DNA of 64,000 bases from Candidatus Thorarchaeota archaeon. GTDB lineage: Archaea; Asgardarchaeota; Thorarchaeia; Thorarchaeales; Thorarchaeaceae. The stretch is from NCBI GenBank assembly GCA_048882325.1, contig JBHLRS010000001.1, positions 1 to 64,000 on the forward strand, read 5' to 3'. Below are positions 9,695 to 20,003 of the stretch, in pieces (position 1 is the first letter of the stretch; every line of letters starts with the position of its first letter). Under the pieces are notes generated by a model. It was not told where the DNA came from, made no database searches, and saw only the letters and a program-made list of their open reading frames with translations. The position numbers and the translations under genes are program-made.

Positions 9695-9766
9695 GATTTT
9701 CTTGTCTTACATCAATTTATTTTGTCCATCGCAGACATGAGAATTGCTTCATGTTAGGGGCGTCTA

Positions 9767-10633
9767 GTGATGGTCACCATTCGAAAGGGTTTGATGAACG
9801 ATTGCACTGATTTACTCGAGGTCTACCAAGGAACACGATGGTTTTATCGTTCGAGAGAAGGTGGCTATACCACAGTCGAGCAAGTCAAGGATGAACATGG
9901 GGGGCCTGCGTTTGAACGTTGGGGTTGGCTTGTTGCTGAAGACAAGGGTAAAGTAATTGGCGAGATAGTCTTTAGAGCTGAGAAGAATCCAGTGTCCGGC
10001 AAGGTTGGTATAATTCGGAATCTCGATATTGATGTAAGAAACCAGAAAGCAGCAGTTGGTACGATGTTAACAAGGGCTGCAGAGGATGTAATGAGGTCAA
10101 AGAGAGTGGTTCGAGTTGTGGCTACCACTCCTCCAGCAGCCTACAACTACTGGATGAAGGTGAAATATTTCGCTCGGGGATCCATTATGAACATCAACAT
10201 TTCCCCAGCTAAAGTACCCAAGCTACGATCATCTAAGGTTAGAACACTTCTGTTGAAAGATGTGACAAAGCTCCCAACCTCCATGAAATTCTCTCACATT
10301 GCATATCCTGGTTCATTAGCTGAGTTAGCTGCAAGTATTATCGAGGGTGACATCAAGGGCAAATTGATGGAATACTACTCTGATTCAAGACTCATTGGGG
10401 TTGGTGCGGTAGCTCAAGTGGATTCCAAGACTGCAGATTTTGTCGCTGATGTGACAAAACGTGGTCTTGCTCTTGCTAATGTAATCATCAACAAAACTGC
10501 TGGTTATGCACTGAGGTGGAAGGTAAAGAAAGTACGGTCAACCATCCCAAAGGACCATCTTGGAACTTTCATGAGTTCCGCTAAATGGTCCTCTAAGTTG
10601 TCAACTGACATACCAGTGACAAGACTCCTATGA
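9767..10633 (+). CDS. GNAT family N-acetyltransferase
   Basis: WLVAEDKGKVIG, NQKAAVGTML (degenerate motif A); possible second GNAT-like domain. Confidence 0.7.
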   Translation: MMVTIRKGLMNDCTDLLEVYQGTRWFYRSREGGYTTVEQVKDEHGGPAFERWGWLVAEDKGKVIGEIVFRAEKNPVSGKVGIIRNLDIDVRNQKAAVGTMLTRAAEDVMRSKRVVRVVATTPPAAYNYWMKVKYFARGSIMNINISPAKVPKLRSSKVRTLLLKDVTKLPTSMKFSHIAYPGSLAELAASIIEGDIKGKLMEYYSDSRLIGVGAVAQVDSKTADFVADVTKRGLALANVIINKTAGYALRWKVKKVRSTIPKDHLGTFMSSAKWSSKLSTDIPVTRLL

Positions 10634-12805
10634 TCATTCTGATTCTTCACTCATCATTATAAATGGAAGCGCCCAATTTGCAAAGACAAGTGAACTACCT
10701 ATTGCCCAAATACTCGCAAGGTTAACATGCCAGGTGAGGAATGGTAGTGAGTTTATACCCAGTATCAGAAATGCAGCAATGACTACCCCCATGAACACAA
10801 CATCCAGGATAATCACTGGACGAAGTGGATGACCAGATCTCTTGCGATATAATGGGATTATCATAGCCAATCCAAAGAGCAGCAGGATACTTGCGATTTC
10901 TTCTATTCTGAAGGAGGCAAATCCGAATGCTCGCTCAATTTCGTAGGTTTCTCCCTCTGGTGTGAGCACAACAACTCGGACAGTATGTTGAGCTTTGCTA
11001 TAGTTTCCTACATTGATATAGAAGGTGAATGTATCCTCAGTCACATCAACTGTTGTGTTTTGGTACTCACCTACTAACACATCATCCACATAGACCGAGA
11101 TCTGTAAAGATGTCCAATCTGTTTCCACTCTGACAACAAATTTAGCACGCCCAATCACCACATCCGCAGTTGTAGCAAATCTCAGGGCTGGTGGTCCATA
11201 GTTGTTAATGACGAGTACCATCGTGTAGGAGTACTTGTGTCCATAATCGTCATACGCTTTGAATGTGACATTATGTTCTCCCTCTGTGAATAGAGACGTA
11301 TTGAACTGAACAATATTCAGTCCAGGTACCAGGGTTATGTTAATGGCATCTGTCACCAACGCATCATCCACGTAGAGCGTTAAAGTCACATTGTCATATG
11401 GTGTTTCAATTCTAACTGGAATATTTCCATCCCCCGAGATCTCATCATAGTTGGAAATCCCTGAAACAAAAAGCCTCACATGATCCAGAAATATCAATTC
11501 CACTTGAATCGTAGATGATTCTCCTTCTGCAGTGTAAACAATGATGCTGACGTTATGGTTTCCGTTCTCGTATCTACTGGAGTTCAAGGAGTAGTTACCA
11601 TCGCCCACAGGAATAAGTGTTGCATTCCATTCTGGAACAAGCATATCATCAACAGTCATGTTGAGGTAGACATCGCTGTATGTTGACGAGATGTTCAACC
11701 AGAGATCTGCGATACCACTTATAGTAGTGAGAGGTTCTGGTAGAAGTATTTCGACACTAGGAGCACCGTGGTTATTGACAAAAAATTCCACGAAATAGGT
11801 TCCTCTAGCATTCTCACCTGTCACATTGTATTCAAGGACAAATGTGAAGTTCAGAAGACCCTCATCAAGTCCAGTTGTGTTAATCTGTATTGTCTGTATA
11901 CGAATTCCAATTGAGGTTTTATTGAAGTCTGGATGAATCACTCCCTCAATATAGAGGGTTAGATTCAGTGGGTCATAATCAGATCCGATGAGTAAGGTCA
12001 TATTGAAAACATTCGCAACCTCTGAACCATATGCTGGTGACTGGTGATCAACTGTAATTGGTTGACCATCGTTGTCTATTAGATATTCTAAGTACAATTC
12101 TTGATAGAAACTTGTAGCAAGAACATCATACTCGAAGATGAAGGTGAAGTTGTTGTAACCTTCCCAGAGATTGCTTGTATCAATGAGTATACTGATGTCG
12201 TCCGAGGCAATCAGCAGAGGAGTATATGGTGCTTGTGCTACCCCATCCACTAGAACTGTCAAGTTGAGGTTCCCGTAGTCATGAGTAACATTAAGATCTA
12301 TGCTTGCCACACCACTCAAGGTACTACCATTCGTTGGTGTATATAGTGAAACTTCAAAATTGAACGCATTGTTATCAACGAAGTAGAGAAGATAGTAGGT
12401 TTCTTTCTCAGCAAAATACTCGAAGAAGAGTGTGAAGTTCAGCATTCCTTCAGGTTGAGACGTGGAATCCACGGAAATTGCCTGAGCTCCTGTTGTCAAG
12501 TTTGCATGGTCATATCCTGGATAGACTGTGCTTTCAATCAAGAGTGTTAAGTTAAGGCTACTGAAATCTGAAGTGATTACGATGTTGATGTCGAACGTTC
12601 CTGACACTGAGCTCCCATTTGCTGGACTTGTTAAGGCAATTGAAATGTTAGGAGAATCATATCCTGAAACTATTAGGGGTTCAGTTGTTGGTGTCAGGCT
12701 TGCATCGTTTATCAATGTAATATTTGATTGCATCTGAGTCTGAGCAGCTCCAACGAAGATCATTGTTACAATTAGGAGCGCAAACAGTCTACTCGTTGTT
12801 CTCAT
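10634..12805 (-). CDS. Cell-surface protein with about six Ig-like repeats and three C-terminal TM helices
   Basis: Signal peptide MRTTSRLFALLIV; repeats of about 97 aa (P.NG...SG...LNLT...D/NT....EG..NFT); many N-x-S/T sequons. Confidence 0.8.
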   Translation of the reverse strand: MRTTSRLFALLIVTMIFVGAAQTQMQSNITLINDASLTPTTEPLIVSGYDSPNISIALTSPANGSSVSGTFDINIVITSDFSSLNLTLLIESTVYPGYDHANLTTGAQAISVDSTSQPEGMLNFTLFFEYFAEKETYYLLYFVDNNAFNFEVSLYTPTNGSTLSGVASIDLNVTHDYGNLNLTVLVDGVAQAPYTPLLIASDDISILIDTSNLWEGYNNFTFIFEYDVLATSFYQELYLEYLIDNDGQPITVDHQSPAYGSEVANVFNMTLLIGSDYDPLNLTLYIEGVIHPDFNKTSIGIRIQTIQINTTGLDEGLLNFTFVLEYNVTGENARGTYFVEFFVNNHGAPSVEILLPEPLTTISGIADLWLNISSTYSDVYLNMTVDDMLVPEWNATLIPVGDGNYSLNSSRYENGNHNVSIIVYTAEGESSTIQVELIFLDHVRLFVSGISNYDEISGDGNIPVRIETPYDNVTLTLYVDDALVTDAINITLVPGLNIVQFNTSLFTEGEHNVTFKAYDDYGHKYSYTMVLVINNYGPPALRFATTADVVIGRAKFVVRVETDWTSLQISVYVDDVLVGEYQNTTVDVTEDTFTFYINVGNYSKAQHTVRVVVLTPEGETYEIERAFGFASFRIEEIASILLLFGLAMIIPLYRKRSGHPLRPVIILDVVFMGVVIAAFLILGINSLPFLTWHVNLASIWAIGSSLVFANWALPFIMMSEESE

Positions 12806-12907
12806 TATGTAGCCTTCCTGATACCCAGTAATCTGATTTCGGGCGGATAGGGCCCCGTGAAGTTGGTCTGCTTTTAAGGCTAGCGCCAGTAGCATGGATG
12901 TACTGCC

Positions 12908-13177
12908 TTAACCTAACTCCTCACTATTATCAGCTTGGGATTTGCGGAGCATAAATGTGAATCCCTTATTCATTAAGTATCCCCCGCCAAATCCAAAGAA
13001 AAACACACCAAGTATACCAATAGTAATCGCGTTGGCTTGAACATAGTAATTAGTCAAGAGTGGACTAATTCCTACGACAATAGCACAAGCAAATGCAATC
13101 AGTATCATCGCTACTCCCAATCCACATGTAGTTGATGCATTTTCACTATCAAGAAACGATAATCCTGTTTCAGACAA
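12908..13177 (-). CDS. Small two-TM membrane protein
   Basis: Two hydrophobic segments; GGTGGAG RBS upstream. Confidence 0.65.
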   Translation of the reverse strand: MSETGLSFLDSENASTTCGLGVAMILIAFACAIVVGISPLLTNYYVQANAITIGILGVFFFGFGGGYLMNKGFTFMLRKSQADNSEELG

Positions 13178-13310
13178 CAGACTCCACCATTGTGAGATTC
13201 AGAGAGGTGTCATATTAATTTGCTGAATGAATTTTTCAGACTTTCTCAGAACATGTAATCTTATTAATGCGAACTAGTAAAACGAGAAAGTAGTTTGGTG
13301 GTGTCACTCT

Positions 13311-15710
13311 TTGACCGTTGACGAGAGTAAAGATCCATTGATTAAGATTTGGTCGCCGTCTGAAAATCTGTCGCAGCGTGTGCAGAAACTTCGAGAACAA
13401 TTCTATTCTTTCAATGACCGCGAAGAAACCAATGAACCCTTTGCCTTTACAACTGGAACCGAATGGGATGAGGTCTATTCAGTTCATGATTGGGCGAATG
13501 AACCAGCAATCTATCCTTTCATGCCATCAATTGATCAGACTCTCAAGGCAATGGCTGTGAAAGTTGATCTTCCTGAAGGATTTTGGAAGAAAGGACTTCC
13601 ACTGAGGCGAGCAATCTTCTTTCATGAAGCGATGACCAAGTACATGCCAACAACTATTCTCGATGGCGAACTCATTGTAGGCTTTAACTTCAATACAGCG
13701 CTCTCAAAAGCCCTCAATAAATCTGAAACAAAGAAGCGGAACAAAGAGATGGACTCTTGGTTCAAAAAAGCTTCAAGACTTAATGAATATGGATTTGGCA
13801 CGGCATCAAGCGTTGGTGGTCATCTCATTCCAAACTATTCCAAGGTTATGAGAATCGGGATGAAAGGAATTGCAGAGGAGTATCAGACACTTCTGAATGG
13901 TGATATCACTCCAGAACATAGGGAGTTCATCGAATCACTGATTCTCAGTTGCGAGACGGCACGCGATGTTGGACTGCGTTACTCTAAGAAAGCTTACGAA
14001 CTTGCATCAGAGGAAAAGAATCCTAACCGGAGGCAAGAACTTCAGAAGATATCTGAAATACTAGAACGAGTGCCGTGGGAAGCACCATCAACATTCTGGG
14101 AGGCCTTACAGTCCTTCTGGATCGTTCACATGCTAATCATGGCTGCTGAATCCTATCCTGGTGCTGGACTCTCTCATGGTCGTTGGGATCAGTACATGTA
14201 TCCATTCTACAGGAAAGATATTGACGAAGGCAGATTGACACGTGAGGAAGCAAAGGAGCTTCTTCATTGTTATTGGATTAAGCACAATTACGTCTATGAC
14301 TATCAGGGTCGATTGGGAATCAATCAAGGCATCAACTCAAGTTTCGGACAACTCGTTACCCTGAGTGGTTGTGGTCCAAATGGAGAGGACCTGACGAATG
14401 ACCTCACTTGGCTCGCTCTTGAAGTCATTGAAGAGATGAATATGTTCGAACCAAAACCGAACATTCGTTTACACAAAAATACTCCTCAAGACTTCCTGCT
14501 CCGTGTGGCTGAGATTGTTTCCAGAGCACAGGGATCACCTTTCCTGATGAACTTTGACGAGCATAGTATTGATGGTCTTGTTTGGCAGGGAGTTCCTCGA
14601 GAGGATGCTTGGGACTATGGTATAGTTGGTTGTCTCGAGAACACCATGCAAGGAAACGACAGATCGGACACAGTCAATGTGAACATCAACCTCGCCAAAG
14701 CAGTAGAACTTGCATTGAATGATGGCAAAGACACTGCATCTGGAGAACAATTCGGACCAAAGACAGGCAATCCAACGTCATTCACGACATTCGAGCAGTT
14801 CATGGATGCCGTCAAGGCTCAACTGAAACACCACGTTGAGCTGATGGTGGAAGCTGGAAATCTGGCTGATACACTTCGGGCAAAATACCAACCTGTCCCC
14901 TACCTGAGTGCCTTAATGGATGACTGTGCCAAAAATGGGAAGGACGTTAATGAGGGTGGGACCACTTGGAACTTCAATACGCTTGAAGGTATGGGTATTG
15001 CCACACTTGCTGACTCGGTTGCTGCTGTAAAGAAATTGGTCTATGATGAGCAACGGATTACCATGGGAGAGCTATTAGCGGCACTCGCTGCTAACTACGA
15101 AGGTCACGAAGCAACCCGCCAGCTATTAAGAACTAAGGCACCGAAATTTGGTAATGATGACGACGCTGTTGATGAGATTGCTCGTGAGCTCTCTGTATAT
15201 TGGGCTGAGGAAACCTTCAAACACGTAAACCCATACACTGGAAGAAGATACCGAGCTGGATATCTTTCTTGGAATTATTATGTTCCTCTTGCACCACTAA
15301 CAGCAGCAACGCCTGACGGACGCCGTCGAGGAGAGTTCTTGTCTGGAGGAGTCGGAGCAGTTCAGGGCATGGACTCTACTGGTCCAACTGCATCTATTCG
15401 CTCAGTCGGAAAACTCAACCTACAGACTGTTCCAAATGGTGCCTCTCACACAATAACCATTAGTCCATCGATGGTCCAGACCCAAGAACACATAGAGAAA
15501 CTTGCAGCTTTGCTTCGTGCTTACAACGAAGTCGGTGGGACTGCTCTACAGATTAATGTCATTGATAGTGAGACCCTTCGTGATGCCCAGAGAAATCCAG
15601 ATGCGTATTCAAATCTCATGATTCGTGTGACCGGATACAATGCATTCTTTACGCAAGTAGGCAGAGAATTACAAGAAGAGATTATTCAACGAACGGAGCA
15701 TTCACTCTGA
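13311..15710 (+). CDS. Glycyl radical enzyme (PFL2/dehydratase-like), substrate unknown
   Basis: Cys loop GCLE (single Cys); Gly-radical motif RVTGY; GRWDQY, PKFGNDD, ATPDGR. Confidence 0.92.
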   Translation: MTVDESKDPLIKIWSPSENLSQRVQKLREQFYSFNDREETNEPFAFTTGTEWDEVYSVHDWANEPAIYPFMPSIDQTLKAMAVKVDLPEGFWKKGLPLRRAIFFHEAMTKYMPTTILDGELIVGFNFNTALSKALNKSETKKRNKEMDSWFKKASRLNEYGFGTASSVGGHLIPNYSKVMRIGMKGIAEEYQTLLNGDITPEHREFIESLILSCETARDVGLRYSKKAYELASEEKNPNRRQELQKISEILERVPWEAPSTFWEALQSFWIVHMLIMAAESYPGAGLSHGRWDQYMYPFYRKDIDEGRLTREEAKELLHCYWIKHNYVYDYQGRLGINQGINSSFGQLVTLSGCGPNGEDLTNDLTWLALEVIEEMNMFEPKPNIRLHKNTPQDFLLRVAEIVSRAQGSPFLMNFDEHSIDGLVWQGVPREDAWDYGIVGCLENTMQGNDRSDTVNVNINLAKAVELALNDGKDTASGEQFGPKTGNPTSFTTFEQFMDAVKAQLKHHVELMVEAGNLADTLRAKYQPVPYLSALMDDCAKNGKDVNEGGTTWNFNTLEGMGIATLADSVAAVKKLVYDEQRITMGELLAALAANYEGHEATRQLLRTKAPKFGNDDDAVDEIARELSVYWAEETFKHVNPYTGRRYRAGYLSWNYYVPLAPLTAATPDGRRRGEFLSGGVGAVQGMDSTGPTASIRSVGKLNLQTVPNGASHTITISPSMVQTQEHIEKLAALLRAYNEVGGTALQINVIDSETLRDAQRNPDAYSNLMIRVTGYNAFFTQVGRELQEEIIQRTEHSL

Positions 15711-16684
15711 TGACCACAACCGGAATCATCACTAATATTCAACGGTGTTCTACTGAGGATGGACCTGGTATACGTACGACTGTATTTCTGAAAGGCTGTC
15801 CGATGTCGTGTATTTGGTGTCACAACATCGAAACCATTGATCCCAAATCGACCCTTGTCTGGTATTCTGTGAAGTGTATTGGAGATCAGGGATGCGTTCG
15901 TTCGTGTCCTGAGGGAGCCCTGGAGATGACTCCCTCTGGTTTGCAAATTGATCGGGAGAAATGTTTGGTTTGCGGTGTTTGCGAGGATGCATGTCCGACG
16001 GGTGCTGTCAAAGTGATGGGAAAAGTTTGGTCTTCTGAAGACCTCGTGCAGGAGCTTATTCGAGATAAGGTGTTCTTCGAAACCTCCGACGGAGGTGTAA
16101 CGCTATCGGGTGGTGAAGCGACTTTCCAGAGTGAGTTTGCGATAGAAATTGCCAAGGGTTTGCAAGCGGAAGGAGTTCATGTTGCACTGGATACCTGTGG
16201 TTATTGCAGTGAAAAGGTGCTGAGCGACATACTTCCTCATGTTGACATGGTGCTTTATGATCTCAAGACGATGCACCCAAGCAAGCATGAGCAATACACT
16301 GGAGTTCCCTTGAAAACTGTTCTCAACAATGCTCTGGTCATAGCAAAGAGTAAGAAACCAGTTTGGATACGAACCCCTGTTATACCTGAGCATACTGATG
16401 ATGAAGAGAACATACGAAAAATCACTCAGTTCATTCTGGAAAATATGCCAACAGTAGAGAGATATGATCTACTCGCATTCAATAGGATGTGCATTGACAA
16501 GTATGCTCTATTTGATTTGGAATACCCTCTCAAAGACTACGATCTTGTTTCAGAAGAAAAGATGGAACGATTGGCGCAGGTTGCGCGAGAAGAGGGGTTC
16601 TCGAATGTTGTTTGGTCGGGAATGACCAAGAACTCAAAGAATAATAAAGTCGTGAAGAACCAGGAGGTCAAATCCTGTGGCTGA
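15710..16684 (+). CDS. Glycyl-radical activating enzyme (radical SAM with ferredoxin insert)
   Basis: DGPGIRTTVFLKGCPMSCIWCHN; CxxCxxCxxxCP insert; SGGE; TGATG coupling to the GRE gene. Confidence 0.93.
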   Translation: MTTTGIITNIQRCSTEDGPGIRTTVFLKGCPMSCIWCHNIETIDPKSTLVWYSVKCIGDQGCVRSCPEGALEMTPSGLQIDREKCLVCGVCEDACPTGAVKVMGKVWSSEDLVQELIRDKVFFETSDGGVTLSGGEATFQSEFAIEIAKGLQAEGVHVALDTCGYCSEKVLSDILPHVDMVLYDLKTMHPSKHEQYTGVPLKTVLNNALVIAKSKKPVWIRTPVIPEHTDDEENIRKITQFILENMPTVERYDLLAFNRMCIDKYALFDLEYPLKDYDLVSEEKMERLAQVAREEGFSNVVWSGMTKNSKNNKVVKNQEVKSCG

Positions 16685-17507
16685 ATTTCAAATATCGGAA
16701 GAACTAGTTGATGCAATGAGGGAGTTTCTGACTCCTAAGTTTATGGTGACCAAAAACTCTGATGATGAACCCAATGTAGTTCCAGTTATGTCATGGACAG
16801 TTTACGAAGGCAATACATTGGTCTATGGAGATTTCATGACTTACAAATCTAGGAAAAATGTGAACAACGGAAATAGACAGATGTCCATTGTCGTTTTCAC
16901 AACAGATCTTGATAGTTGGCTAATTAAGGCTGAGTTTGAATCATACCATCGCAATGATGAGGTCTATGAATTCATCGCTCAGACTCCACTTTTCCGTTAT
17001 AATCAATACACCAATGCGCGAGGTGCCGGTGTTGCATTTGCAAAATGGGCAAGTCCAAAGTATAGCATTTCGAAATTGGCAGTCCTTTCTTCATTCTTGA
17101 AAGCTAAGATGGCGGGACGCAATGTCCCCACTCAGGAAACAGAAGAGGGAAACATGCCACTCAACGTCTTGAAACGAATGTCGCAGATGGCTGCTGTAAA
17201 GATAATCGCCTATATAGATGAGGATGGTTATCCTGTTGGCTTTCCCGAGTTCGGAATCCTACCAGTGTCATCAAACAGACTTGTCATTAAAAGGGGGGAG
17301 GAAAGGCGACGTGGGTTTTCACTCAATGACGGTATGCGTGTAGCAATATCTCTTGTGACGCTTGAACCAGCAGCATTCCAACTCAAAGGCTACTTCAGAG
17401 AGATTGATGATTCCACAGGTTACATCGAGCTGGATCGGGTTTATACCTGCTCACTTCCTAGACCTGGTGTGAGAGTTGATAAACCAATGCTCACTCCCGA
17501 AGCGTAG
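16677..17507 (+). CDS. Tandem pyridoxamine-5'-phosphate-oxidase-like (split-barrel) protein
   Basis: Two repeats: KFMVTKNSDDEPNVVP...KSRKNV and KIIAYIDEDGYP...FQLKG; overlaps the activase stop. Confidence 0.65.
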   Translation: MAEFQISEELVDAMREFLTPKFMVTKNSDDEPNVVPVMSWTVYEGNTLVYGDFMTYKSRKNVNNGNRQMSIVVFTTDLDSWLIKAEFESYHRNDEVYEFIAQTPLFRYNQYTNARGAGVAFAKWASPKYSISKLAVLSSFLKAKMAGRNVPTQETEEGNMPLNVLKRMSQMAAVKIIAYIDEDGYPVGFPEFGILPVSSNRLVIKRGEERRRGFSLNDGMRVAISLVTLEPAAFQLKGYFREIDDSTGYIELDRVYTCSLPRPGVRVDKPMLTPEA

Positions 17508-17547
17508 AGCTTTTTCGTCACACCACAACCCTTTTTGTAACCCCTGA

Positions 17548-18108
17548 ATGTTTAACCGCTGGTGTAGAGCCTTGCAAGTGTGGGAGTACAAGGCAAAGGA
17601 TAGTCGAAAGATAGTAGTTCGGAAAGCTATTGTCAGCGACGCAAAGAATCTGCATAATGGTTTTAGAAATGTTGTTGAGGAGCATATGTGGCTTCCAACA
17701 TTTACACCTAATTCTCATGTATCAGACTGGATGAACTGGATTGAAAGATGTCAACATACGCGTGAAACTCTTATTGTTGCACATATCGATGGTGAGTACA
17801 CCGGTCATCTGTCCTTGCAACCCGAGGAATGGCATGCGTCTCAACATGTAGCCAAACTAGGGATAATCGTGATGAAGATCCATCGGAATAACGGCATTGG
17901 CAGATCTTTGATGCTTGCTGGGGAGGAGATTGCCCTCTCTAGGGGCTACACCAAGATTATTCTGAGCACATTCGCTGACAACAATGTTGCTAGAACTCTC
18001 TATGACTCGCTTGGATATCGAACCATTGGAATTCGCAAGAATCATTTCAACATGCCTAAGGGTTATATCGATGAAGTACTTATGGAGAAAGAGCTAATCG
18101 ATGAATAA
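17548..18108 (+). CDS. GNAT family N-acetyltransferase
   Basis: HRNNGIGRSLM, NNVARTLYDSLGY. Confidence 0.85.
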   Translation: MFNRWCRALQVWEYKAKDSRKIVVRKAIVSDAKNLHNGFRNVVEEHMWLPTFTPNSHVSDWMNWIERCQHTRETLIVAHIDGEYTGHLSLQPEEWHASQHVAKLGIIVMKIHRNNGIGRSLMLAGEEIALSRGYTKIILSTFADNNVARTLYDSLGYRTIGIRKNHFNMPKGYIDEVLMEKELIDE

Positions 18109-18123
18109 CCAAGGTGCTTTTCT

Positions 18124-18633
18124 ATGTGGAAGACTATAGTTGATCGCTTCAGTGAATCCCCTCAGCGTTTGAAGGTGGCTGAAGCGATTGTTAGACATGG
18201 CTTTCATATTGAAGGTCCTGGTATAATCAAATGCGGCGATATTCGTATTCCACTGAAATCACTAGGAACAGCGCTAGGAATAGATCGGAGAACTGTCCGT
18301 GCAACCACAGAGGACATCTGTGCTGATGATGAACTCTGTACATTCTTTTCGCTATTGAGACCTGCAGGTCCTTCCTTGGAAAAGGTTCGAAGTGTACTTG
18401 GCTATGGAGTTGTGACAATTTTTGTAGAGTCTCCTGACTCTCCCGGAATACTCTCAGAAGTCACATCGATGATTGCTGGTTATGGTATTCCTATTCGTCA
18501 GGTTTTGGCTGAGGATGTAGCGATATATCAGGAACCATGTTTGAAAGTTGTGACTGAGGAACCTCTCCCAGGAAGGGTCATCGAAACCCTTGCTGATATC
18601 AAAGGAGTTCGGAAAGTTATCATCGACAAATGA
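18124..18633 (+). CDS. ACT-domain regulator of amino acid metabolism (COG2150-like)
   Basis: N-terminal HTH (LGIDRRTV); ACT domain PGILSEV...IPIRQ. Confidence 0.8.
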   Translation: MWKTIVDRFSESPQRLKVAEAIVRHGFHIEGPGIIKCGDIRIPLKSLGTALGIDRRTVRATTEDICADDELCTFFSLLRPAGPSLEKVRSVLGYGVVTIFVESPDSPGILSEVTSMIAGYGIPIRQVLAEDVAIYQEPCLKVVTEEPLPGRVIETLADIKGVRKVIIDK

Positions 18634-18695
18634 CTTCATCCCAATTACGAAGCTTGAAAAGGAGTTGAACGTGGGAGCGATAGAGTGTATATCAA

Positions 18696-20003
18696 ATGGA
18701 TCCCGAAGCTGAAACTCTTCCAGTAGATGTGGATGAAGAAACCTTCGTTATTGATGATGGACCAATCGGGATGTATCAAGTCTGGATGTTGGCCATCTCA
18801 CTGAGTATTCTTCAGGTTGGCTTTGGTATCGTCACTCCTATCTTTCCATACTATATAGAGTCACTAGGAATGGCTGGTATTGAACTCGGAGTCCTAGCAG
18901 CCTCTTTCGCCATTGCACGTATCATTCTGGCAGGTCCAATGGGACGACTGTCAGATAGGGTAGGTAGAAAACCTGTTCTGATACTATCACTTTTTGGATT
19001 TGCCCTCTCAAACATTGTATACGCATTTGCGTACAATGTTATTGTCATGCTATCCGCCCGAGCTCTCGAAGGAGCAGTTTCTGCAGGTTTCTTCCCAGCA
19101 GCAAACGCCTTTGTGTCCGACGTGACAACACCAAAAAACCGGGGGACTGCTATGGGTTACTTAAGCATGGGAAACATGGTAGGGTTTATAGTTGGTCCCG
19201 CACTTGGTGGTTTTCTTGCTCAGTTTCTTGGATTCAGGATTCCTTTCCTCTTAGCGGCTGTAGCCACTCTAGTCACGATGGTTTTGGTTCATGTCTTGGT
19301 TGACGAACCTGTGAAGAAAACAATCAAAGAATCCATCCGAAAGGTCCCTCTACGAGAAATTCTAGCTCGTGCTCAAAGGTGTTATGGAATTCTTGGTATT
19401 GCGATGTTTGCAAATATGTTCGCAATGGGTATACTCGAGGTCGCATTCATGCTGGATGCAGTCATCAACCTTGGAATTGAACCGTATGAGATCGGGATGT
19501 TCTTTGGGGTTATTGGAATTACAATGATGATTGGTAATTTAGGCTTCGGAAAACTATCTGATATACGAGGTCGCAAGTGGTTGATTGTTATTGGTGCAAT
19601 GATTGGAGCTGTTTCACTTGTGATGTTCATTTTTGCTCGTAACCCCATTGATCTTCTAGCAGCAGGCATGGTTCTCTCGATTGGGATGTCGATGAGAGGT
19701 CCAGCAATACAGGCTTTGATTGCAGATGTTACAGATCCAAGCGCATATGGTGTGTTAATGGGTGCTTTTGGTGCTGTGAGCAACAGTGCATATGCAGTGA
19801 GTCCACTATTAGGAGGCCGAATCTTTGATGAAACCGGTTCTGCAGCCCTGAGCCTTCTCATAGCCAGTGGTGTCTCAGTAGCTGGTGGTGTTGCGGCAAT
19901 GTTCCTTCCTGGTGAAGCTGGTCAGGACACATGTGTGATGGATGCAGAACTAGCAGTTGATGGTATCGAACATGCCGATGATGATTCGTCACTTACTACG
20001 TGA
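18696..20003 (+). CDS. MFS transporter (TetA/DHA1-like)
   Basis: Motif A GRLSDRVGRK and GKLSDIRGRK; 12 TM. Confidence 0.9.
   Translation: MDPEAETLPVDVDEETFVIDDGPIGMYQVWMLAISLSILQVGFGIVTPIFPYYIESLGMAGIELGVLAASFAIARIILAGPMGRLSDRVGRKPVLILSLFGFALSNIVYAFAYNVIVMLSARALEGAVSAGFFPAANAFVSDVTTPKNRGTAMGYLSMGNMVGFIVGPALGGFLAQFLGFRIPFLLAAVATLVTMVLVHVLVDEPVKKTIKESIRKVPLREILARAQRCYGILGIAMFANMFAMGILEVAFMLDAVINLGIEPYEIGMFFGVIGITMMIGNLGFGKLSDIRGRKWLIVIGAMIGAVSLVMFIFARNPIDLLAAGMVLSIGMSMRGPAIQALIADVTDPSAYGVLMGAFGAVSNSAYAVSPLLGGRIFDETGSAALSLLIASGVSVAGGVAAMFLPGEAGQDTCVMDAELAVDGIEHADDDSSLTT

Noticed and set aside
13311-15710. Calling the GRE pflB, hypD or cutC
   Set aside because: The single-Cys GCLE loop excludes canonical PFL; substrate residues for the others could not be confirmed
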